This document shows, piece by piece, positions 35,436 to 42,702 of a stretch of DNA of 42,702 nt. Made by a program: the position numbers and the translations under genes. Where the stretch lies: the IMG/VR virus record IMGVR_UViG_3300025084_000068, positions 1 through 42,702 of that record, one strand, 5' to 3'. The notes under the pieces are model-generated. The model did no database searches. It had not been told where the DNA came from and saw only the letters and a list, made by a program, of their open reading frames with translations. Each line of letters opens with the position of its first letter. The stretch's first letter is position 1. This stretch comes from a virus. Taxonomy: Duplodnaviria; Caudoviricetes.

Positions 35436-35975
35436 TTAATCACACACAAATAACCCTCCGCAGTTAATTATTGATAACTCATCACCTTCTATTTTTACAC
35501 AATCTGCACTACTTTCTCGTTTGTCGTATATGTACTTAACCATTGAAAAAGACTGTTCTCTTGAAGGGTTACCATACCCATCAAAACCACAAGATAGAAG
35601 ATAGTCGCCCTTTTTTATATCTTTTGCTTTTATTATTTTAAAATACTCTTTGTTTTCCCTTGCAAACTCCTGAAAGCAATCATATTGACATTCAATAGGT
35701 AGATTGTAAAAAAAGCTTGCAAGTAATGTTTGTATTTGATGGTAGTCAACAGACTCTTGATCTAAAAAGCACTTTATTAGTTTAGTATGTTTATAGACCT
35801 GTACATTCTTCCCTCCAAATACAATAGAGACTAAATTATTGTTGCCAGCATATTTACATTGTCTTGATACATAGCCACGACCATTCCAAATCTTAACATC
35901 TCTATCAACGCAACTTATAGCTGGAACATACCCACAACCTTTTACCAAGAGTAAATTGTCTTCTTGTATAATCAT
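35436..35975 (-). CDS. Free-standing degenerate intein/Hint-like protein
   Basis: Gapless match to the NrdA intein N-terminus up to V.IWNG; AKDIKKGDYL; ends CGGLFVCD. No Cys1, TxxH or terminal Asn. Confidence 0.6.
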   Translation of the reverse strand: MIIQEDNLLLVKGCGYVPAISCVDRDVKIWNGRGYVSRQCKYAGNNNLVSIVFGGKNVQVYKHTKLIKCFLDQESVDYHQIQTLLASFFYNLPIECQYDCFQEFARENKEYFKIIKAKDIKKGDYLLSCGFDGYGNPSREQSFSMVKYIYDKRESSADCVKIEGDELSIINCGGLFVCD

Positions 35976-35976
35976 T

Positions 35977-36402
35977 TTAAAAAGTAATTATAATCTTGTT
36001 ATCAATATCCGACTCTATTGCTAAATTATTATATGCATCAATATAAGATAATATACCTTTTTTGCCAATAATCCCACTTTCTGCTAAACATTGAAAATGT
36101 AAAACATTCTTATTAAAAAGTTTACTTGCTCCTGATAAATAATATAAAATACTAATCCACGGGTTGACTTGATAAGTAATATCATCTTTAACAAAATCAT
36201 AAGATACATATTGACTTATATTAATATCATTATTTCTATAATACCGTGCCTTAAGCCTCTTGATTATTTTCTGCTCTAATGCTAAACGATAAACAAGTTG
36301 CTTTTTTCCAAACCATACATTAAAAACGGCACTTGTTAAATGGAATTTGTCATCAAAGGTAATCTCAATTTGACCTTTGGTTTTGAATATTTTTGATAAC
36401 AT
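35977..36402 (-). CDS. Hypothetical protein
   Basis: 141-aa ORF in a tightly packed run. Confidence 0.7.
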   Translation of the reverse strand: MLSKIFKTKGQIEITFDDKFHLTSAVFNVWFGKKQLVYRLALEQKIIKRLKARYYRNNDINISQYVSYDFVKDDITYQVNPWISILYYLSGASKLFNKNVLHFQCLAESGIIGKKGILSYIDAYNNLAIESDIDNKIIITF

Positions 36403-36419
36403 TGTGTAATATAATTAAA

Positions 36420-36788
36420 TTAAAATTTACTTTTTTGCTCCGTATAAAAATAGTCAAGTGTAATAACAAAACCTGCTATAAAAGAGCAAATAAAGAAAAC
36501 AATTAAAAACAACAAATTAGATACAATACTAGATTTGTTTAGTTTGTCAAAGTGGTATTGAACCAACCTTGTAAAAGCCTTTTTGTTGCTGGAGGGGTAT
36601 AAATTATTACTATCCATAAAAGATCCAAAGGATAGCGTAATATTTAACAATACAAGTAAAAGAAGACTAACGGTTCCTTGATCTGTCTTAATCAAAAACT
36701 TAAATAAGGTTAAATGTAAAAATACCCAAACTGGCATTCTCAGTAAAAACAACCAAAATGATTTTCTTAAATCGTATGAAAAATACAT
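36420..36788 (-). CDS. Hypothetical membrane protein
   Basis: Three hydrophobic segments. Confidence 0.7.
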   Translation of the reverse strand: MYFSYDLRKSFWLFLLRMPVWVFLHLTLFKFLIKTDQGTVSLLLLVLLNITLSFGSFMDSNNLYPSSNKKAFTRLVQYHFDKLNKSSIVSNLLFLIVFFICSFIAGFVITLDYFYTEQKSKF

Positions 36789-36790
36789 AA

Positions 36791-37744
36791 CTAAAAAACT
36801 TCTTTTAATATAGGGTATTTATCAACAACAACCCTCTTGACCTGTTCTGCAAAGTCTCGTGTTTCCTTTTGAGTATCTTTTTGAGTCCTTTCTTTTATCA
36901 TTTTAATCAATGTATTAAGATTAAATGTCATTATCATATCTGTATACATTGTTTGTGGTAAATTTGCCCTCACTTGCTCCCTGCAAGCTCCCTTTTTTAC
37001 CATCTCATTATAGTAGTTAATTACTTTTTCAGCTAAATCTTTTCCATTTACCGCTCCTTGCATAGGGTAAAAGTCTGCTATATATTCATCTTCAATGCTA
37101 CCTTGCTTGTTATCTTGACTTTGCTTTCTATATCTACCACCAAAATCAAAAAACTTAAGATTTTCTGCAGTATATCTTCTTGACACTTCATTAAATTGCA
37201 TCCCCGAGCTATGTCTAATAATTTGGTTTTTAATGAACATAGGAATTGAGACTCGCGTTGTGATTGTTGACATTCTTAACGCAGGATAATCTATAATGCC
37301 ATCTACTTCAAGCTTGTTAGCAATGCAAGCCTCTATATAGCATTCATTATTAAATATATCTTTGTCTTTTTTTACAAACTTACCCTCTTCTATAAATTTG
37401 TCTATTAAGTTTTTACACCTATTGTAAATATAATCATTAACTTTGAAAAATTTACCATTTTGATAACAACCTCTTTCCATCATTTCATAACCAAAAGGTT
37501 GTGACTCTTTAATTAATTTCTTAAAATTATCAAAAGCTGTCCTGTCATTAAGACTAAAATAATGAAAATATTGATAAAAAACTGAATTATGTTTATGTTC
37601 TTTTAAATATTTTAAAAGCCTCTTGTCTTTCTCTGTTATCTGATCCGTTTGTTTTGCAAAGCTTACCCTTGCACAGTTGACTGCCGATAACTCTGGACTA
37701 TCAAACTCTAAAAGTTCAACTTCGTATTTGTTTGTAAACATCAT
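36791..37744 (-). CDS. thyX: FAD-dependent thymidylate synthase
   Basis: ARVSF, HKHNSVF, QIIRH..FNEVSRRY, REQVRANLPQ, TQKETR. Confidence 0.9.
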   Translation of the reverse strand: MMFTNKYEVELLEFDSPELSAVNCARVSFAKQTDQITEKDKRLLKYLKEHKHNSVFYQYFHYFSLNDRTAFDNFKKLIKESQPFGYEMMERGCYQNGKFFKVNDYIYNRCKNLIDKFIEEGKFVKKDKDIFNNECYIEACIANKLEVDGIIDYPALRMSTITTRVSIPMFIKNQIIRHSSGMQFNEVSRRYTAENLKFFDFGGRYRKQSQDNKQGSIEDEYIADFYPMQGAVNGKDLAEKVINYYNEMVKKGACREQVRANLPQTMYTDMIMTFNLNTLIKMIKERTQKDTQKETRDFAEQVKRVVVDKYPILKEVF

Positions 37745-37758
37745 TTCAACTTACTTAA

Positions 37759-38187
37759 TTAAAAAGGAATCTCCTCATCTAAAGCCTCGTCTTTTTGTGC
37801 TGACTTAAAAACCTTCTTACTTGAGCCTTGCGATGTTCCAAATGCTATATTATGATCGTCCTCTGTGAAACTTTTTACAAATATTTTATCTTGTATCATT
37901 TCAATTCCATCTTTTTCCCAAGTATTAACTTGTGGCTCGCCTGAAACCGAAACTGGAATACCTGCTTTATAAGAGTCTCTTATGTAATCCGCAACATCAC
38001 TATTAAAAGACAAAACTTCATAATTTTTATAAACTACCTTCTCTTGTCCTTTTACTTTAATTGTATGTTTTCTTGAAATTTTAAAGCTTGATAAAATCCA
38101 ACCATCACCCTCTTTTATCGTAGGCTCTTCTTGAAAGTTTGATGTATAACCGTGTATTGTTATATAGTCTTTTGATTTATTTGTCAT
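37759..38187 (-). CDS. ssb: Single-stranded DNA-binding protein
   Basis: G..VSVSG....TWEKDG and acidic tail DEEIPF. Confidence 0.85.
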   Translation of the reverse strand: MTNKSKDYITIHGYTSNFQEEPTIKEGDGWILSSFKISRKHTIKVKGQEKVVYKNYEVLSFNSDVADYIRDSYKAGIPVSVSGEPQVNTWEKDGIEMIQDKIFVKSFTEDDHNIAFGTSQGSSKKVFKSAQKDEALDEEIPF

Positions 38188-38263
38188 TTTTATTTATTAT
38201 TTGTTGGTAAAAGTTTCAACCCTTGGGTTAATATAATTATATTGTAGATTTGAGATTAGTCAA
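38188..38263 (-). promoter_or_regulatory. Cassette copy 13
   Basis: TTGACT-N16-TATAAT-TATATT-AACCCAAGGGTTGAAACTTTTACCAACAAAT. Confidence 0.88.
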
Positions 38264-38266
38264 GTG

Positions 38267-40516
38267 TTATTGACAAGCAATGCACTCTTCTTGACCCTCC
38301 CCAATTGAATAACTTCTGCAGTAATATAATGATTTTATACCAAGCCTCCAAGCTTGCCAGTGCAATTTGTGAAATTCTTTTTTCTCAATGTCAGGTTTTG
38401 CAAAAATATTCAATGATTGACTTTGACAAATATAAGGTGTTCTATCGCCTGCCATTTCAATAACTTTCATCTGGTCTACAAGCCTCCAAGGTTTAAAAGC
38501 CTCTATTTCTTCTTTTGTAAATATATAACCATATTTAAGATTTACTTTTCTTAAATCACCATCGGACATTACTATGTCGTGTAAAAGCTCTTCCATATTA
38601 TCAACATTCTTTGTTTTTAAAACCTCATCAAAGGCTATCGTTGCAACTGCAACAGTTCCCATTTTGTCAGTATTCATAAAAACAGATCCATAGGCAGGCT
38701 CAATTCCTGGACTAACTTGACCCGCTATTTTACCAATGGTTGCTGTCGGAGCAACGGCAAGCACGTGGCTAAACCGCTTTTTTATGCCCAACTCTTCACA
38801 ATCAAGGTTAGCTCCTAATTCTTCTGCTAACTCTTCGTTTAAAGTGTCAACAGTGCTTTTTAGCCATTTAAATATTTCAAGATTAATATTTTTAGCTTCA
38901 TCGCTCTCAAAACTAATTAAATGTTTTTGAAAGTAAGATTGTAAACCCATAACCCCCAAGCCAATTGACCTTTCTCGTATTGCAGAATATTTTGCTCTTG
39001 AGACTGTATCGGGTGCTCTATCTATAAAGTCTTGTAATACATTGTCTAAAAATAACATTACATCTTTTATAAATTGAGTATTACCCTTCCACTCATCGTA
39101 TGTATATAAATTCAATGATGACAAACAGCAGACGGCAGTTCTATTTCTGCCAAGGTGATCTATTCCAGTGTGGAGCATGATCTCACTGCAATTCCCAGTC
39201 AAAATACCATTGAATACAACCGTACCTCTTTTGGGTTCTTTTAAGCAATATGTGTCTGATATTCTATTTGTTTTTTCAACAGATTGAATTTCTATATTAT
39301 CTACTAATATCTCGCACTCCTTATTTGGTAGGGTATATGGGGCTATATCACCGCCTATTGGTAAAAAGTTTGTTTGAACGGGATTTTCATAGTCAGAATT
39401 AATATACCAATGATGCTCTTTTGTGCATAATAGCGTAAGTTTTTTTTCATCAACGTGATCGTAACAAGTAACTTTCCATATTTCTTGATTTTCACCTGTC
39501 TTTTGAGGTGTCACCTTACTCCATTCAAAACCATTCCATACTGTAACCTCTTGACCCGCAACCTCACTAATGGCAATATTGCCATATTCTTTTGTAATAA
39601 TTTCAGTCTCAGGAGTTACACATAAATTACTCATCTTAACCTCCAAACCTAATTTTTTATAACTTTCTGGTATATATTTTTTTACATTGTCTTCAAATAC
39701 AATATAAGGTTCACCAGTCTCCATTCTTAAAGTCAATATTTCTTCCCAAAGCTCCCTTGCAGGCTGACCAAAGCTTGTTTTTTCTTTTGTTTTTGGTGAT
39801 GTAAAATACCATTTCTCATCATTTTTTACTGCATTCATAAATTCATCACTCAATACAATACCGTGATGTGCAGACGCCATACCAGTCACCTTTCTTTTTA
39901 GCTCACCACCTTTTGAACGGATATATAAAAACTCTTCAACTTCAGGATGTGATATATGTAAGTAAGAGGCAACCGCACCTCTTCGTGTCTTTGATTGGGC
40001 TATTGCATCAACACCATAAGAATCAGCAACTAAAAAAGGTATAATACCAGAGGTTTTGCCGTCCTCTCTTATAGTTGATCCATTTTCTCTTAAATTGGCA
40101 TAATTAACACCAATCCCACCCCCTAGTGAGGTCAAGTTTCTCGCCTCAAGGTGAGTTTCGTTAATTGAGTCTAAAGTGTCCTCTGATTCTAATAAAAAAC
40201 AACTAATAGGTAAGCCTTGCCCGGGTTTTCTATTTAAATATACACGTTTTTCACCTTCTTTGTAAGGCTTGAATTTAACATCAAGTAAGTTTTGACCAGT
40301 CCCACCGTTTGCCAAAACAGGCGTTGCAGGTAAAAACCAACCATTTTTTAAATATTGTAATAAACGGTTTTTATGGTCATCGTTGCTCGCATATGCACTT
40401 GATACTCTATTAAATATATCATTAATAGAGTTTTCACCTTTTGCATAATAACCTGCTTTTAATAGGTTTTGTAATATCTGCTTTTGATATTTTGATTGAT
40501 TTTCGTAATAAGACAT
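38267..40516 (-). CDS. nrdA: Class I ribonucleotide reductase alpha subunit containing an intein
   Basis: ATPVLANGG, PISCFL, GGGIG, TGEPY, SNL|CSEI, VCCLSSLN, APTA, KSLYY, C-terminal CIACQ. Confidence 0.97.
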   Translation of the reverse strand: MSYYENQSKYQKQILQNLLKAGYYAKGENSINDIFNRVSSAYASNDDHKNRLLQYLKNGWFLPATPVLANGGTGQNLLDVKFKPYKEGEKRVYLNRKPGQGLPISCFLLESEDTLDSINETHLEARNLTSLGGGIGVNYANLRENGSTIREDGKTSGIIPFLVADSYGVDAIAQSKTRRGAVASYLHISHPEVEEFLYIRSKGGELKRKVTGMASAHHGIVLSDEFMNAVKNDEKWYFTSPKTKEKTSFGQPARELWEEILTLRMETGEPYIVFEDNVKKYIPESYKKLGLEVKMSNLCVTPETEIITKEYGNIAISEVAGQEVTVWNGFEWSKVTPQKTGENQEIWKVTCYDHVDEKKLTLLCTKEHHWYINSDYENPVQTNFLPIGGDIAPYTLPNKECEILVDNIEIQSVEKTNRISDTYCLKEPKRGTVVFNGILTGNCSEIMLHTGIDHLGRNRTAVCCLSSLNLYTYDEWKGNTQFIKDVMLFLDNVLQDFIDRAPDTVSRAKYSAIRERSIGLGVMGLQSYFQKHLISFESDEAKNINLEIFKWLKSTVDTLNEELAEELGANLDCEELGIKKRFSHVLAVAPTATIGKIAGQVSPGIEPAYGSVFMNTDKMGTVAVATIAFDEVLKTKNVDNMEELLHDIVMSDGDLRKVNLKYGYIFTKEEIEAFKPWRLVDQMKVIEMAGDRTPYICQSQSLNIFAKPDIEKKEFHKLHWQAWRLGIKSLYYCRSYSIGEGQEECIACQ
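39191..39622 (-). mobile_element. 144-aa mini-intein (no homing endonuclease) in the catalytic NLCxE motif
   Basis: SNL/CVTPET...CTKEHHW...DTYC...NGILTGN/CSEI. Confidence 0.93.
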
Positions 40517-40536
40517 TTTATTTGTTATTTGTTAAT

Positions 40537-41610
40537 TTAATTATATTCACATTCCGTCCACTCACCTTCCATTTTGTTGTGAGTGTAATCTGTTACTATG
40601 CTTTCAAAAAAGTTTGTAATACCAGTTTTTAAAAACCTTTCCATATAAGGAAGTGGGTTTTTATCAATTTGATACATAGGCTTTAATCCAATTTGTTTTA
40701 ATCTGTAATCTGCTAAATACCTTATATACTGTTTAACCTCTTTGCTTGTTAAGTTCATAAACTTCCCATTGCAAGGTTTAAACGCATAATCAATAAAAGC
40801 ATCTTCAAAATGAATGATAGTCCCGCATATTTTATATAAATCAGATTTTAATTCCTCATCAAAAACATCTTGATTTTCTCTAATAAACTCTAATGCCAAC
40901 CTCAGCCCGCCCCTTGTATGCTCGTCTTCATCTTTTAAACTCCATTCTACAGTCTCTGACAAACCTCTTAATAAACCACCATTTTCTGCCTTTGATGGCT
41001 CAAGTAATATTGCAAATGAACTGTATAATTGCAAACCCTCTGTAAACAAAGCAAAACAAATAAGGTTTTTTAACACCGCTTTACGGTATTTCGTGTCCTC
41101 TTCTTTTGATATTTCCTTGTTATCTAATTCTGCTAGTTTTCTAGTAAGTATTAATCTTTGCAAGCTTTGTTCTTGTAAAAAATCATTTTTATCTTTCATT
41201 TCAGCTATAGCCTCAAACTCTTTAAAAAATAAATCTAATCTATCACGAGGCAATCCCAAAACTTCAACAAGCTTTGCATAAGCCTCTACATGTACAGTTT
41301 CACGGTTCGCAAACTCCAAAAGCATTGCAAAGGCTTCAAAACCTCTAAAAACAGGAAGTAAATTATCTATATAATTATTACAAACTCCAGTATCTGCTTG
41401 TGTAAAAAACTGTAATATTCTCATTATAGTCTCCTGCTCCTCCTTAGTAAGATCGTAGAATTCTCTTTTTGTTCTTATATGTGAGACTTGTGATATTTCC
41501 CAGTGCATAGCAATATGTTTATCACGAGCATCTTTTGCCCACGGATATTGCGGAAAAAGACTGTAATACGGACACGGTTTTAGTAGTGTTGTTTGTTCTT
41601 TTTTAGACAT
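40537..41610 (-). CDS. nrdB: Ribonucleotide reductase beta subunit
   Basis: FFTQAD, ETVHVEAY, TEGLQLYSSF, DEDEH, NFFE....Y. Confidence 0.95.
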   Translation of the reverse strand: MSKKEQTTLLKPCPYYSLFPQYPWAKDARDKHIAMHWEISQVSHIRTKREFYDLTKEEQETIMRILQFFTQADTGVCNNYIDNLLPVFRGFEAFAMLLEFANRETVHVEAYAKLVEVLGLPRDRLDLFFKEFEAIAEMKDKNDFLQEQSLQRLILTRKLAELDNKEISKEEDTKYRKAVLKNLICFALFTEGLQLYSSFAILLEPSKAENGGLLRGLSETVEWSLKDEDEHTRGGLRLALEFIRENQDVFDEELKSDLYKICGTIIHFEDAFIDYAFKPCNGKFMNLTSKEVKQYIRYLADYRLKQIGLKPMYQIDKNPLPYMERFLKTGITNFFESIVTDYTHNKMEGEWTECEYN

Positions 41611-41678
41611 TTTAATTGTAATGATTTAATTTGGTTGCAAGAAAAATTATAATATATGGTATTAAGAAATCAAGTATT

Positions 41679-42431
41679 TTACTTCCCTTTTAAAGGGTTA
41701 TTTTTTTCAGTCATTTTATCTTTTAACTTAGCACCTTCTTCTTTGATATTACCTTCTAACATAAGATATTCTTCTTTTGTAATTGTTTTATTTTCAAGCG
41801 AACCCTTTAAGTCTTTTGACCAGATTAATATCATCTCATCGTAGCTTTTACAATTTTCATATTTGTCTTTTAATTCCTCAAATGTATACCTTGCATTCTT
41901 TTTTCTATCACTCTGCTCTTGTTGTTTTTTTACCTCCTCTGGTGATTGTTGTTCTGGTAAATCCTCACCTGCATAAAGTGATATACCAAAACCAAACAAA
42001 GCAAAATTTTTAACAAGACATCTTTGAATTGTTTTGTTAATATCAAACATTGTAGCAGGTTCAACTGTTACAGTTTTATATTTTGTTTTAATTTCGTAAG
42101 CTTTATCCTTCATTGCATTGTTACGACTATCCATTGCTGGCAAATACATAGTATGGGAGCTATTATCAATGGTAACCGTTGTATAAATCATATAACCTGT
42201 TAATGGGTCAAATTGGTAAGGTTTTTGCTCTATACCTTCCCCAAATTGATGTATTTTATATGTTATTTTACTATTTGGTAAGGCTTTATTAATTTCACGC
42301 CAAGCAACCGCCCAAGAGATATAATCAAGATTCACTTGACCATTTGATCTAACTTCAATAAATTGCTTGCAATCTAGGTTAGATAAAGTTTGAAATATTG
42401 TTTGTTCTGTTATTTCTGTTATTTCTGTCAT
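41679..42431 (-). CDS. Sak-like single-strand annealing protein (DUF1071)
   Basis: LDYISWAVAW, MYLPAMD, DINKTIQRCLVK..A.FG.G..LYAGEDLP. Confidence 0.9.
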   Translation of the reverse strand: MTEITEITEQTIFQTLSNLDCKQFIEVRSNGQVNLDYISWAVAWREINKALPNSKITYKIHQFGEGIEQKPYQFDPLTGYMIYTTVTIDNSSHTMYLPAMDSRNNAMKDKAYEIKTKYKTVTVEPATMFDINKTIQRCLVKNFALFGFGISLYAGEDLPEQQSPEEVKKQQEQSDRKKNARYTFEELKDKYENCKSYDEMILIWSKDLKGSLENKTITKEEYLMLEGNIKEEGAKLKDKMTEKNNPLKGK

Positions 42432-42439
42432 TTTGTTTG

Positions 42440-42652
42440 TTATTTGTTAAAAAGCTCTTCGTGAAAATTAAGACTTTCCTTACTTGGACACCAAGCAGGA
42501 TCAAAATATGACTTGGTGCACTTGGAATCCTGTTCAGCAAAATATTTTATGAGTTTACAACATGCCTCTTTATAAGCTAACTCCTGTTGAGTTAAAATAA
42601 ACAATTTAATACTTGTGTCTAAAAAAATAAATATTTTTTGTGTATTTGTCAT
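42440..42652 (-). CDS. Hypothetical protein
   Basis: 70-aa ORF after cassette. Confidence 0.65.
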   Translation of the reverse strand: MTNTQKIFIFLDTSIKLFILTQQELAYKEACCKLIKYFAEQDSKCTKSYFDPAWCPSKESLNFHEELFNK

Positions 42653-42702
42653 TTTAGTTTTGATTTATTAATAAATGTTTGAGCCTTGGCTCAATATAAG
42701 TA
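42653..42702 (-). promoter_or_regulatory. Cassette copy 14 (truncated by window end)
   Basis: TACT-TATATT, hairpin GAGCC-AA-GGCTC, TTTATTAATAAATCAAAACTAAA, ATG. Confidence 0.8.

Noticed and set aside
463-42013. Short antisense or nested track ORFs (e.g. 463-648, 1197-1409, 1434-1724, 8028-8917, 17399-18274, 31295-31561, 33675-34237, 38736-38930, 41093-42013)
   Set aside because: They shadow well-supported genes and show no motifs or leaders.
1-42702. Bacterial chromosome or integrated prophage boundary (dnaB, dnaN, metK, tmk are host-like)
   Set aside because: These genes are interleaved with virion genes and phage cassettes, with no integrase, att site or bacterial operon context visible.
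1-42702. tRNA or rRNA genes
   Set aside because: No cloverleaf or rRNA-like segment recognised by eye in intergenic regions; tRNAscan-SE or ARAGORN would be needed to be sure.

Overview
AT-rich fragment of a dsDNA tailed phage with an HK97-type head and a Mu-like contractile tail. No integrase, rRNA, tRNA or CRISPR array is seen. DnaB, MetK and NrdA read as alphaproteobacterial, and the low GC and Shine-Dalgarno-free leaders suggest an AT-rich host, possibly Rickettsiales/Holosporales-like (inference). Core functions: DnaB, beta clamp, SSB, Sak-like recombinase, NrdAB (mini-intein in NrdA), ThyX, Tmk, MazG-like protein, RNA ligase, MetK, VRR-NUC, two DNA methyltransferases and two antirepressor-like genes. 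The main non-coding feature is a ~75-100 bp cassette (TTGAC[T/A]-N16-TATACT-like-TATATT, a hairpin at +1, then TTTTATTAACAAATCA..AAAATG) found in 14 copies, one cut by the window end. It abuts upstream stop codons and heads plus-strand gene blocks that interrupt the minus-strand virion module tail-to-tail. Other highlights: two acidic 11-residue-repeat paralogs with shuffled units, a free-standing apparently non-splicing intein-like (Hint) gene, a stand-alone type ISP specificity-domain fragment next to an N6-MTase start, a structured leader before the antirepressors, and possible eukaryote-directed effector-like genes. All family assignments come from motif recognition, not database searches.
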